Shown here piece by piece: positions 18,337 through 32,930 of a stretch of DNA of 64,000 nt; position 1 is the stretch's first letter; every line of letters starts with the position of its first letter. Position numbers and translations under genes: made by a program. The DNA lies in the NCBI GenBank assembly GCA_043228905.1, contig JBHGNT010000006.1, positions 4,154,001 through 4,218,000 of the forward strand, read 5' to 3'. The notes under the pieces were generated by a model. That model was not told the DNA's origin, made no database searches, and worked only from the letters and a program-made list of their open reading frames with translations. The stretch is from Azolla caroliniana. Lineage: Eukaryota; Plantae; Polypodiophyta.

Positions 18337-21125
18337 TTTGACTTGGGAGATGCAAGTTATTTAAGAGATATGGGACTGCAAGTAGCTTGGAATGTGTCTA
18401 CAGAATAACTTTCAGATTAGTTGACTAGTTTTCTCTACTTTGGAGTACATAGATTGCTTTCCTCAAACCATCATCTTATAAAGATGAGTTGGGAAAAATA
18501 TTTTGTATGTTGTTGTTATGACTTTTCTAAAAACTAATGGAAGGATATGTTCTTTTAAATATTAAAAATGTAACATGATTGCTTAGCCTGCACGACTGGT
18601 GTCTCACAATTTCAACTTTTCGACGTAATGTATGAGGATAGCTAGGCCTAACATTTATACATCTTCATAGGCTCTTTAATAGGAATGTGTTTTTAAAAGA
18701 CTCTTCATCCATTATGTCAAGAGGATGATAGTGCACGCTTGTATAATTCCCTCTATCTGATCATATTAGTCCCTTTCTAACATTAGCAATCATACCCTTC
18801 ACTTATGTACTTAAAAATATTAACATTAACAACTTCCATGAGGGCTTGTGATACTTGACATTCTGGTTGATGTGGATATAACAGTTGTAATATATTGTAT
18901 GAATTCGTCATAGCCTTTCGGCATCTTTCCATTAATACCAAGGTGAACCTTCTTTAAAATAAAAATAAATAAAAAATATTAGTGACCTATCGTCACTTGC
19001 ATTATAAAAATGACCTTACCAAGCCTTGACCTTGACCTTGACACTTCCTAATATTTTGTTGTGGTTTCATGCCCTTTGCCTATGGTTATCAACCCTTATC
19101 TATGTGTCGAGTGCATGCGTTGCGGGAGTAGTTGACCTTGACATCAAGACTTAGTGAATATCTCAGCCACTCGACAAAGACCATTGTCCTAACTTCAAAC
19201 TCATATGCTTAAAATTCATGGTAGTGGTCATTACATTGCCACAACATTGAAAGTATCAATATTCTAACTTTCACCCCTCTTCCACCACAAAGTATCACAT
19301 ACATTGGTGTGCATTTTGGATTGCTTACTTTGATGCAACTACGAGACACACAATCTTATCAAACCTCGCCCTCAATACCTCTTATTATGGAGTCGAATAC
19401 TTCACCTACTCAACGAGGACCATAGTCTTGTTTTTTATAACTCATATCCATATGTCCTATGATTGTAATCATTACATGTCCACCACACTCATTGAACGAA
19501 TATAGCAACTTTTGCCAAATTTGTCCTTTTGCTAGTAAAGGGATTTGTAAGTAGAGGTTCTATGATCATCAAGACAAATATTCAACGAAGGAAAATTTGT
19601 GTCCTCCCTCTTAGGACATGAATTATAATCACCAATATTTTTAAGAGACTACAAATTGAGATTCTCAAATCTCCAATAGCATGTTTAGAGTACATGAACT
19701 ATGATTTTATCATCATTATATTGTACTTGGTATTTCCAATCACTCGCGCACTAGTATATCAATGCTTGGGGATTTCCTTTGAATAATATGATATCAAGCT
19801 TAAGAGTTCATGAACCTTAAGAGGTTTTTTCCATGCTTTCCTTTCAACATCGAGTATGATCAATATTGGTTGGACATGGTTGAAATGCACGTGATAGAGT
19901 TCCCATAAAAAAGGATGTACTAAACGATAGTCAGACATGACATGGCAACGCATATCATGTATTCATTATTGGTTAAGACGCCGATGCACGTGGATGTGGA
20001 ATGAATTCCATCATATAAGGTTTTGTTTGTCAACACTTGTACACACTTGATCGAGAGATGAAGATAATCAGTCAACATCCACGAGGAGGCCCATATTTAC
20101 ATGAGATACCAGGATCGGTAGGCATCGTATAGATAATAGGAGTCTCTTCTATCAAAGGTACTAGGAATTTCAAAAAACATTTCTCTTGTGAGCTCAAACA
20201 AGGAGCGAATGTGAGTGGCAGGCAATGGGGATAATGACGCTTGTTAACTTGTGCAGAGAGATGGATAAGCAGATAGATAGTTTTTTTTTGTCTTTTGAAT
20301 GTCCAACAATGGCACCGCCTTTCGTGCTCTCGTATCATGATCAAGACTCAAGAGTGGATGGTGGTCGTCCATCGGTAGTGGAAAGGTGGCCGAACGTGGT
20401 GATGAGCAACATCACATCGAACCATAAAAAAAATGGACATGTGATGCTCTCATTCCATAGAGTTAGAGTTTTGCGGCCGCCAGGAGGAATATGGGGTTTT
20501 CAAGAAGGCACCAAAAAGATGTGTCTCATGCAAGAATGGAGGGGATCAAGAACAAGAACCAATATCTAACAAAAATGTAATCAAATGTTAAAACAATAGA
20601 CTTTAGACAAACCCCAATGTTTCAGCCTTCACATTAGGAGCATATTCTGGTCCTGTCTTCTTCTTCTTCTTCCTTGTGTTTCAGAGCCTGCTGCTACACA
20701 CATCTCCCACCTGCCACAACTGACTGCTGCTCCTTCTCAACCTAGAAACTAATTAGATAATCATAATAAGAAAAGAAGAAGAAGAAGAAGATGACAACGA
20801 TGACGAGAAAAGGCTTAACTCATGCACATGGCAATGCCCCAGAGACATGGGAAAATGATACTCTCTGCATACATTTCGTCACACCAGGTATTTTTCACTG
20901 CATCTCCATCACCATCACCATCGTTACTACAATCATCAAGAGGCACGGTCATCCGCATGCCTTCCATTTCGCAAAACTGGCATACGCATTCGTTTTAGTG
21001 TTTTGTCAAGCTAAAACTTGCTGGTAAGATGGAGCTGCAAAGATTAAGCTCAAACTAGCTGATAATAAGAACTTGCAAAGGTTTTGGGCATTTGAAACGG
21101 AACAATCAACAATCCTGTGTTCAGA

Positions 21126-24100
21126 ATGGAAGAGAATGGATTCCATACACATGGCCCTTCCAAAGAAGAAATCTGGGACATCCAGATGACCTCGGATTTT
21201 GGTTATAAGGGGGGTGATCGGCCCAATAATAACAATGAACATGAAACAGAATGTGAAAATACGGGCAAAACAGAATTGAATACTCGGGATGTTAACATCA
21301 GTTATGATCTCCATTATCAGCATCCCAATAATGATGAGCGTAACATCGAGGATGACAATTTCACTCTAAGGCAGCTGCCACCTCTCTGTCGTTCTATATC
21401 TCAAGCATACTTTCCAAAACATCCCCAAGTCAAGGTCAGCTCTCTATTACCATTGCTAAATATTTTCACAACTAGCACCTTTGGCTTTATCTCCTTCTTT
21501 CGTTAGAATATCTCAAATGTTGACAATTAATATGCCCCTCTACGTAGAACTAGAAGCAGGCTGTGTGTGTATGTATATATGCTGTTTGTGTATGTATGTG
21601 GTGGTGTTTATATATGTATTTATGAAGGTGGGTATTTTTTGTTTATGTATGTCTGTATTGTGTGTGCGCGTCGGAGTCCATTAGATTGGTTGTTAATAAT
21701 AGAATTATTCGGCCTGATTTCATTAGCTAAATATAGATGGAAAGGAGATCGCTTTATTCTTTATAAATAAACGTAAAAAGAAGATCTAAAGTTATGCATG
21801 AAGTAACGTAGTCACTATGACATACGAACACAGCACACATACACGAGGCTTAGATCTTGATCTGAGCATTAGCATGAGTTTATTTATAGAGTTGTGGTGG
21901 CTGGCAATCAATTTTTTTGGCTTATCAAACTCTCGGAGTAGTCTATGGCGATCTTGGAACATCTCCACTCTACGTGTTTTCTTCGCTGCAATATCCTTTA
22001 TCAACCATAGAAGACTATTTTGGTATTTTAAGCCTCATTTTTTGGTCTCTTACAATGATACCACTGGTTAAATATGTCTTCATTGTTCTCAGAGCTGATG
22101 ATCATGGTGAAGGTATGGAAGTTTATGTAATGGATACATTGTTTTATGTCTGGGTCATTTTTATGTATATCGAGGTAATTAATCTCAGGTGGTACCTTTG
22201 CTCTGTATTCGCTGCTATCCCGGAACTTAAACCTAAGGAGATATAGCCGCAAGCAGTTGACACGGTTTGAATCTGATGCACAACCTAGATTTTGTGGAGC
22301 CAATAAGAGTGTTGTCACTGTTAAGACTCTTAAGTTCATTGAACAAAGCATGGTTGCTCAGAAAGGTTTACTTTTACTAGTATTGTTGGGTACGTGTATG
22401 GTTATAGGTGATGGGGTGCTCGCACCTGCCATTTCAGGTTAAATCTCATCATCCTTCTGCTTTCTTTTCCTTGTGCTTACATGTTCACTTTGTCATTTAT
22501 GTTTTTCTGCTAATAATTATGTATTTTTCTGTTAGTTCTGTCAGCTATCGAGGGCATAAAGTCTAAACATCCAGGCCTAAGTCAGAGTAAGTCTCTATCC
22601 ATTCATATCATTTCTATTTTGTCTATTTATTAAAAAGAAAAGTGTCTTTTTCATATGCTGAAAGTTTGGAAATTGTCTACTATAGATGCAGTTGTCATCA
22701 TATCAACTGTGATTTTGATTTGTCTATTCATCATGCAAAGGTTTGGGACACACAGAGTTAGTGTTTTCTTCTCTCCTATCATGTTAGCATGGTTTCTAAG
22801 CAATGCAACAATTGGTATCTACAACATTGTTGCATACTATCCTGAAGTGTTGAAGGCAATTTCACCTCATTATATCCCTCTCTTTCTCATTCGTCATGGT
22901 AAGTATGGGTGGCGGATGTTGGGTGCTGTCATCTTGTGCATCACAGGTATGCAATTTATATAGCCCAACAGCTTTATAAAGTTTGTTTCATGGAATTGAT
23001 CAGATTGTGTGTTTTGTTAATAAAGGGGCTGAAGCTATGTTTGCTGATTTGGGTCATTTCAATAAGCGTGCAATCCAGGTATTTGAGCTATAATATAATT
23101 CGTGGTAAATTTGTGATAATAATGTTGTAGATATTTGCATGCCTTTTGAGCAAAATCTTGCAAAACAATAATGAATTGCACAGACGTTTAAATACAGTAA
23201 AGCAATATGTGAATCGATAACGATTCAGATTGATTAATTTGGAAAATTAGTTTCAATGCAAAATTAATGTGTTGTATATCAAGGAATTCTCTACGGAAAA
23301 ACTTTATCACTAAACACACACCTACATAGTTTATGTGTGCTCATCCTTTTTAATTTCATGTTCTCTAGACTCTATATCTTGTATATAGCTTCATTGGCCC
23401 CAAATATAAGATTGAGTGTGCCATCTTTGAAAGAGGAAATATATCAACAATATTCTCATCCATGAGTTTTACCATCCTCTTTTAAGGACATATAGTTGAA
23501 GCTAAGGTAAAAGCAGATAAAGTAAGATAGGACACAGTCATATAAAGAATAAATGGGAGATAATGAACATAAGAGAATGGAAGGGAATATGCTCCAACTA
23601 CTCACTCAGATTGTTGTAAAAATCAATCTGTACTTCTGGGTACATCTCGTCCTTCTGCATTTCTGCATTCATCCTTGGTGATGGAAGATAATGTAAAAGG
23701 GCTCAAAAAATGCCACGGCACTACTGGGCTAGAGGGTTTCAAGGCATGGGTTTCCACGGTTCCCACAGCTTGTGCACATCCATAGGAGTAAGGCACAAGG
23801 CAAAAGGCACTTTTTTCATTGAGTTTGGTGCCCAAGAACAGCCATCGTATACATATGTGCTTATTGCATTGTGTGCCATCTTAGATGACGGTGATGATAT
23901 GTTGATGTCCACAGTGTGCCAACATGAGCCATGGAACAACAATGGTTAAAAAGCCAAGATCCAATAAGAAGAAATTTTAAATAAGGGTAGAGCAAAAAGA
24001 AAAAGAAAACCTGAAGTGAAAAACCAAGCTTGTCGCTGAATTTCAGTGTTTAAAATTCCATGAATTTGGTTCTGTCGTTGAATAGATGAGCAAAGGGCAT

Positions 24101-26251
24101 GGATATTGTCACTTGGCATTTGTTGTGTCATAGTTAGCAGTTCTTGAAAGCTAGTCTAACTTCTGGATCTCTTTAACTGTTAGAAAGATTGGTTTGGAAA
24201 TTGGGTATTTTTTGGGGGAATAATCTTCACATCTTGATGGCTTTACTCCTTGCTTGTCCCAGGAGATAGCACATCCATTTTGTGTGGAGAAGAGTTGTGG
24301 GTAGGTGTACATGCATGCACAATTTGCTTAGTCTAACCCTGACAGAAAGCAGCAATGATTCTATTTGACGCACACATCTATTTGACCTCCATGGGGCTAT
24401 GTCTTAATGGCAGAACTACTGAAGGGTGTTTAGGAAATATGTGAATACCTGTTATATTAGAAGTTTTCCAATCCCAGTGGAGTTCTTTGCCATATAAACT
24501 ATATTAGTTATCCAAATTATCCATCATTGTAATATGAAAGGATATAATGTTAAATTCCATCCATGGATTTTTCTTGTGATCATATTTTGTGTTGTTAATT
24601 GCAGATAGCCTTCTCTGCTGTAGTATACCCATCTTTGATCCTTACATATGCAGGACAAGGAGCTTACTTGATCAAGAACCCATCAGATCTCAGAGATGCA
24701 TTCTATAAATCTGTACCGAAGCCAGTATTTTGGCCAATGTTCATTGTGTCCACTTTGGCAGCAATAGTAGCGAGCCAAGCCCTTATATCTGCCACATTTA
24801 GTATCGTTAAGCAGTTAGTGGCGCTTGATTGTTTTCCAAGAGTGAAAATCATTCACACATCAGAGAGATCAGAAGGCGAGGTCTACTCACCGGAAGTGAG
24901 CTATTGTTTGATGCTTCTGTGCATCACGGTGGTTCTGGGATTTCGAAGTGGGGCTCGCATAGGCAATGCTTATGGTGTGGATTCTTTCTTATACCCTCTG
25001 TGAAGCTTCTCATTTGGAAATCAAAATTATTCTTGTGAATTCAAAATCTTGATACCTTTTATGTTTTCTTGTTCAGGAGTTGCTGTTACTTGTGTCATGC
25101 TCATCACCACAATACTGATCACATTAGTGATGATCATGTTATGGAATCTACCACTTCCTATCAGTTTGTTTTTCTTTTGCATTTTTGGTCTCATTGAGGG
25201 GGCTTATTTAACCTCGGTGCTGAATAAGATCCTGGAAGGTGGTTGGGTCCCATTTGCATTGTCATTGTTGATTCTTGTCATTATGCTATCATGGATATAC
25301 GGCCGGACAAAGAAATATGAGTTTGAAGTATCAAGAAAAGTATCCAAAGATGAGCTACAGAAGTTGTGTGAAGAGGATATGGTGAGGGTGCCAGGAGTGT
25401 GTTTATTTTACAGTGATCTTGTGCATGGGATATCTCCTCTTATAAGGCATTATGTGAGATGTACAGGCACTTTACATCAAGTGTTAGTGTTTATCACGAT
25501 TCGTCATGTTCCAGTCCCAACAATATTAGCAGATGAGAGATTTGTTGTGGATAGATTGATATACAAGGAAGGAGTGTACAGGTGAGGGCAAAAACAATAA
25601 GCGGAGTAGCCCATCTTGTTTTATAATGTTTACGCTTTTTCTGGTGAATACCGTTAGTAAATTCTTAAAATTTAAGATTTTATGAATCGTTTGATGGTAA
25701 AACATAGCATAACCTTCATATGTTGCTAGCATACTCTTCATTTTTAGGTTGATGAATATTTCATTAGTTGACAAAATTGCCATTCTATTTGTTTGCTCTG
25801 GTACTACAGGTGTGTTGGTCGCTATGGGTACATGGATTTAGGGAAAGAACGACGTGGCTCAAATATTTTAGACGAGGTCATTCATTGTCTAAAGAGGCAC
25901 ATCGGCAGTGAAGATGATATATGTTTGTCTTGTCCTCTTGGAAGGAATGGACTGCTTAAAGAAGAAGAAGAATATTATTATTATACGAATGGGCGGAAAG
26001 CAGCATTTGTGAGGAGGATGAAAGAGGATGCTGAAGCTGAGGTGAATACATTGGAAGGTGCGGGAAGGAAGGGTGTCGTGTATGTGCTGGGTAAAGCCAC
26101 CTTGCAAACTAGTGCAAGTAGAGGTTGGTTTGAGAGCTTTGTCATCAACCATGTCTATCATTTCTTGGTCACTATTTCCACATCCGCACTTGCATTCCTC
26201 AATATTCCACCTTCACAGTTTTTGCAAGTAGGAATGACTTATCAAATCTAA
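21126..26251 (+). CDS. HAK: KUP/HAK/KT potassium transporter, 9 coding exons
   Basis: Exons: 21126-21434, 21890-22112, 22189-22437, 22536-22586, 22686-22946, 23026-23078, 24605-24974, 25077-25581, 25810-26251, all GT-AG. Motifs: [96 protein letters not shown]. The start codon is less certain than the rest. Confidence 0.95.
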
Positions 26252-28549
26252 TGGCCTTGTGACTTTGGAGGGAAGTGAATCCATCATACATTATCCTATA
26301 TGAATGCATGCATGTATGTATGTGTATGCATGTATATTATGTATCACCACACAATGACGTCTCATGGGCATTCTTATCTTATATATGCTGCATTTAAAAG
26401 AAAAACAAATAGGATGTACAATGAGAGTAGAAGTACGTAAAACAATAGCAAACTTTTTTTCAGCTGATCACAACTATAATAATCATGAATTTTTACAACA
26501 TTTTATTAGCACATAGGAACACTTACAATCCTGATGCATCTTGTCATGTAAACATTATGTTAGCGATTTATAAATAATGAAAAGTATGCCATGTATTTTA
26601 TTGTAGGTGGTTTGTGTGATTAATTCTAGCCAGGCCTTGATTTTGATTTAAACTTAAATAATTGTTTGATCTCTACGCCAAGTTGTTGTAAAACAATGCA
26701 TTGTATTTTATAATCACAACAATTTATGGTGCACACAACTACATCTTGAATCAACATTGCTAATACACCGTGAGTTTCATTCGATGGATAATTGTATGTT
26801 GCTTTTCCTGCCGATTATGCACCCTATTAGCTATGAAATATGCATAGAGACCTACTTAATGAAGCCCTACTTATCTACTTATGGGTATATCTTGGGCAAT
26901 ATACAAGTTTTCTTAAAAAATAATTAACAGGGCAGAATCAAAGCCTTCACAACTTCATCTCTTGTAATATTAAGACTTCCTCAATTGAAATTCTACAAAA
27001 ATAAGATATGCACTATTTCAACATGATACTTTGTACAACACTTAGAATCTGGATATTCTCTTTGTATATAATGTAAGAAAAAGATTTAAGTGACACCAAT
27101 ATTAAGAGTAAGTATTAGTATGTATTATAAGAAAAATATTTAAATAACACCAAGATTACGAGTAAGTATTACTATGTATATTTCCTTCGAGGTCAAATAT
27201 GACTCATCCTTGTACTAGATAAATGACACATAATAGTTTGGGAAATTTGTTAAAGTACGTTTCAAAATTCTCAAAATGCTAAGATATTCCATTGGATCAT
27301 TAGTCTTCTCTAGCATGTGCATGTATTTGTAGAGAGCATTAAAATATCATCGCCATCTACATCTAGATGCATAAGCAACATCATTGGAACTCTCAGAATA
27401 CCATAGTATCATTAGGATCTACAACGTATTGACGGGAATTCTTAAAATAGCATCACTGATTCACTAGTATTACTTAGATCGACAATAATCTCTCTCTCTC
27501 TCTCTCTCTCTTTGGTAACTTTGTCAATGTTAAAATACCATAGCCACTCTCATCATATACATATACACGTATATACATATTGAATACTTGTGGGGAACCT
27601 ATTTATGTATAAGCATACAACCCTTGAATGAGGACAGAAAAGATGTTAAGAAAGGGAATGAAGAGAGGGAGCGAACCACCCCCCCCTCCCTTTTTACCTT
27701 TTGAAGAGATTTTTGAAACAGTTCCCGCTCGTTCGTGAAGGTTAGTAGGAATGATGAATTCAATATAAAGAGGAAGAAGAAACGGGACGGACGTGTGTGA
27801 AAGCGTCCAGAAATGAAAAGAGCACTTCAGACCGCCAACCTCCCCCCGCCCCCCCTCCTTTTTTTGAAGCGTTTCTTCGCTTCTATGCTTCCCTTCTTCT
27901 TCTTCTTTTTCTCTGGAAAAAAAGCCCCTCCTCCTTCTCTAACGTTCCTTCTGCAACAACAGCGAGAAAGAAAAGAAAGCTCTCACCACTGACGTTCCCC
28001 TTCCTTCACCAAAGCTGCCAGCAATAAGTTTTCAGTGAGTATTTTCCCTCCCTTCCTCCCTCTCTGCATGTCTCTTTCTTTTCTCTCCTGTTCCTTCTTC
28101 TCCTTCTCCTCTCTACATATGGTTTTTTTTACTCTAAAATACAGGAATTTTGCTTCCATAGCTTCATCTTCACTGAATTGCTCATTTTCTAGTTGACTGC
28201 AACCGGTTACTTTTTTTCTTTCGAAATTTCCTTGCCTCAACAAAGCTTTCATCGATCGTCTTCAAGTTAGTATTCCCACTGTAGATTTATTGTTTCTGTG
28301 CTGTTATTTTCCTCTCTTTCCGTGTTTTTCTTTACTTTAGACCCTAGGAGTCCTCTTTTCTGTATTCCTCATTCTGTAATTGGATGCAACTTTCATTATC
28401 CGTGTTTTTCTGTTTTTGATATTTTCTTTGCCACTTCTAATTGGATGCTACTTTCATAAGTCCACTTCTACGGCATTTATTTTTCGCAGTCTTTCCTTAT
28501 TAAATAGTATGTCTTTCTCTCCTTCTCTTCCCAGGAGTAAGAAGCTGCT

Positions 28550-30978
28550 ATGAAAGACGCTAACGCCAAAGCTGTCCTCTCAAAGAAGGCTGAAGAAACG
28601 TAAGTTTTCCTTTCGTTTCTTCTCTCACTCAAATTGTCAATTTTCCTTTCGTTTCTTCTCTCACTCAACTCTCTCTCTCCCTCTCTCTCTCTCTCCTGTT
28701 CCCTCAAGTTTATTTTCATTTGATTTCTTTCTAATTTAATTTATCCTGTATGGTTTTCTTTCAGGAACCTAAAGAAGAAGAAACAGCTCGTTTCTAAGGA
28801 CGATAAAGCGAAAAAAAGACTAGCTAGAAAGGAAAGGAAAGCTAAGAAGGACCCTAACAAGCCTAAACGGGCTCCTAGTGCCTTCTTTGTCTTTCTGTAA
28901 GCATGAAAAGTTCTCTAGTGATCGCGTTTCCATCCAAAGTTTTGCGTTGTCTTCATTGAAACATCATTATTGACAGCTTCACTGGAATTAGCATTAAAAA
29001 ATGTACAAATGTACTGTAGAAATCGCATATGATTGTCTATTTATTCCTTGTTTTAATGTGTCTTCTTGTGATCCTACAAATTTGAAAAAAGTTCTTCATG
29101 AATTCATGATTCGTTTCATCCCGTCTCAATTTTTTTCTTTCTGTAAGTCTCAAATTTGTTTAGATGTTCTATTTTTATCCTGTGTGTGTCTTTATCTTAC
29201 TGAAAGTGACATACATGTACAGATTTACCATAAAAGTCACGCTTTTGTTTATTTTCTTTCCTTCGTTTTTCTTTCTCCACCTTTCATGTTAGGTTCTTTA
29301 ATTTCATAGCTTTATAGTGAAATTGACGAGGAAATGTCTTTTCTTTTCTGCAGTGAAGAATTTCGCAAAACTTTCAATGCTGACAATCCAAACAACAAAT
29401 CTGTGTCAGCTGTAAGTTTGTACATCATTTTAATTTGATCGAAGTGGTCTTGCTTCACGTGTTTCAATTAAGCAGTTTCATATTAAAATATTTGCTATTT
29501 CCATCAATTATGAAATTTGTGTTTCATCTAGAAACTGTATGTTTCATATGCTTGCAATCGTTCCCTTTCTAGAATGTTTCAGATAAGCAAAAAGAAATCA
29601 TATGGATTCCTTTTAAAATAAAGTTATGGATTTCTTTCTAATTATTAAGTAAAACCTGGTAGTAAATGGAGAAACGATTTACCACACAGTAGCTATATTG
29701 CAGCAGGTTTTTGCATGGAAAATTGCACACTTGAAGTAATATGAATTTATTAGGAAATACGACAATTTATTTTTTTTCTTCGTTCTAAGATGATCTTTTG
29801 TGAACTTTTATACTTGAAATTAAAATCATTAGAAAATAGGCAACAAAATTATATAAACATATCAGGAAGCGTATGCATTTCAGTTGCCTTCATATATTTC
29901 TAGATTGCATATTCATAGAGCGGCAAGATCCCTTTAAATGTATGAAGTAATTGTAATTGACCAGAATGCTGCAATTTTATTTACATTCTGTATATATATG
30001 TAATATCTAAAGTATTCAGTTTCCTTTGTCAAGTATTTGCAGTCTTCAAGTTGAAAATTTAGCTACCATTCAGAGCAACACCATTTTTCTTACTTTTTTA
30101 CACATTTTAATCAGTTTCTTTAATCCACGTTTTCAGGTTGGAAAAGCTGGGGGTGACAAGTGGAAGACAATGTCTGATGCGGTATTCAGTTTCTGTCTCA
30201 TGTTGATGGTCCAGTTTATTTTGGGAAATTAAATAATAGTATCATAACTGATGCTTTTTCTTTTTTCCCTACTCAGGAGAAGTCTCCTTACATTGCCAAA
30301 GCTGAGAAGAGAAAAACAGAATATGAGAAAGCTATGAAAATCTATAATGCAAATCAGGTAGATATAAAATCCTAGTTCCTGCCAATTGTTTTTTACTTTT
30401 TGACCTTGTTTTTATATTGCTATGGTGTACCGTAAATGTTGGGGTTGTGTTCTCCACCAGGTTATATGCAAAAGCCTATAAATACAGTTTTTTTGCTTCT
30501 CTTCAATAAGATATCTTAGGCTTAATAACAAAACCACAATACAAATTGTCTTATTTTTATGCCCATTATAACATGTTTTTAGGCTAACAAGAAGTCATGT
30601 TTCATATATTTTATGCTTTGCTTTTCATATTGCATTGATATATTTTGAATCCAGAGTCTTGCTAATTTCTATTTATTTGAGAAACCTTGTGTATATATGA
30701 AGGTTTGTGTATATATATTATGCCACAACATTGATTTATAGCTGAAATGGTAAGAGAATATTTTTTTGTTTAAACATTACTGATTTTAAATGTGCTTGGA
30801 AAGGGCCAAGTAACTGCAGATGAATCAGAAAAGTACAAATCCGAGGTGAATGATGAAGAAGAGGTGTTATTCTGAAAGCCACTTGTCTAATGTGGACATA
30901 TTAGATTTCTTTTGCATTGTGAATAATACTAAACTGCTTCTTTTGTAGGATGAAGAAGACGATGAGGATGAGGAATAA
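28550..30978 (+). CDS. HMGB: High mobility group B protein (basic N-terminus, HMG box, acidic tail), 7 coding exons
   Basis: Missed by the ORF track. Exons: 28550-28599, 28765-28896, 29354-29411, 30137-30181, 30277-30357, 30804-30863, 30949-30978. Translation includes KDPNKPKRAPSAFFVFLEEFRKTF..NPNNKSVSAVGKAGGDKWKTMSDAEKSPYIAKAEKRKTEYEKAMKIYN...SEVNDEEEDEEDDEDEE*. Probable 5'UTR intron from 28036 to 28534. Confidence 0.96.
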
Positions 30979-32930
30979 GTAAAATGTATTTTCTGGCTAC
31001 ATCTAGAGGTACTAGATTACAATGTGAAGTTTCTATACCGATGAATAGAAAATTTTACAAAATGTGATTCAAATTGTTTTGTGGTAGCATTTAATTTTAA
31101 TGCTTTGTATGTAGGGATCAATGATGGATATCCCCTTTGTATGGTATTGGCATCAAAACAAGTTCATACTTTCTCATGATATGACCATGTGGTAAATTAT
31201 GATTTGAGATAGTAAACAACAGTATTTTTTCAAGTAGGAATAGTGATATCACCACAGATAGTCAAAACAGAGTAGTTAGGTTTGGGAATAGTGATTATCA
31301 TTCACTCAGTATTCTGTAAAATAGGAGCGAAGTTTTTCTTTTAGACCAAGACTCTCTCTCTCTCTCTCTCTCTCTCTGTTTCTCTCTCTCCAACAGGATT
31401 TTTTGGTTGGTAAAGAAAATAGTCTTTCAACAATTGTTTACATCTGTCATTTTAATAACTTCAATTCTTCTTTTCATACATTTCAAAGGTTTAGCTGAGT
31501 TATAGCATCTACATATTATTGTTCTTGGCATTTTTCATTTTTCATACATCTCAAACTTTGTTGAGACTTTGTCCTGCAATATTGTATATATCTTGCAATC
31601 TGCTTGAGATATTATTTCGGCACTATCTATTATGGACCATACAATCAAGTCGTATATGTTATTAAGCTGTAAATAAATGGTTCAAATTCAAGACAAAAAG
31701 TCAAAGGAACAAACATTTTTATGCTTATTGAGGAACAGTTAACCTATTTCCACTTCAGTAATAGCAAACTTAAATAATTACGTTTAGGAGGTTTAGAATA
31801 ATTACGTTTAGGAGTTTTAGGATATGAGAGTAATCTTTGTTTTAAGCCAAAATGTCTGTTATTTCTTGCTTTCATGAATTTTAAGTTTTCTTAATTAAGG
31901 CCTGTATATTTTGGATAAGCGTAGTTAAAGGCTGCATTTTTTATGAGATAGGGAGTATTATTACAAAGGGTTGAGGAACATTATCAAAGCTCATTGCTTG
32001 GAATTTCTTTGTTAAAAATTTAATTGATGCAAGTAGAGTTGACATTAAAGCAATAACTGTTTGTATTATTTTTAAGAACCTGAGGGTGAAGGCCGTGCTG
32101 CTTTTTTGAGCATATCAATGACCAACCAGGTCATAATTTGGATAAAATTATTGATACTGGATGCCCAATGTAAATATTGATTGATGAAATGTATATAATA
32201 ATTGTAATAATTGCTGGATGCTCAATGGTTGATGGAAATATTAAGTTAAATAATAATTGAAAAAACAATTGTCAACAGCAATCATTTTATGTTCCAACGA
32301 GTACCAAGTTGATAATGTTGGGTCCTATATTGACTATGAATGGTGGTAGTGATCAAGTATATTGAGATATATACATATACTATGTCAATGTTCTATCATG
32401 TATGTATATCAATCATATGGCATAACACAAATCACGTTCAGGTAGATAGGAATATTGTGAGTGCAGTATCAATATTGCGACTTCAATGAAGGTTGGTAGA
32501 ATAGTAAGGACTCTTCAAAAGGAGGCATTGTGGATGAAAATGAAAATGTATTTACAAACAAGAAAAACAAATCAGTAGAATAGTTGAATGAAGTAAATAT
32601 AAAACATGATGCATTCTGCTAAAACATGATCCATTATATGTTTGAGTGGATACCTCTATAATTTATACTTCTAATACATACATTACCTTTGACAGTCTCT
32701 TTTTCATATTTTCCTTTGTCTTCTTTTCATATACATCATGTACAATTGTTTGTGAATAATCATAAAAGTGTCTACTAATGATTAACCATATATATGGAAG
32801 GGTAAGAAAACTACCTCTTATCGGCATTAAAGATGATATGCAAAGTTGTGACACAACTACTACAGACATTCATAAGATATATATCACATACAACCTGTAA
32901 TGCTATCAATAAAACCAACTTAAGTCTTGC

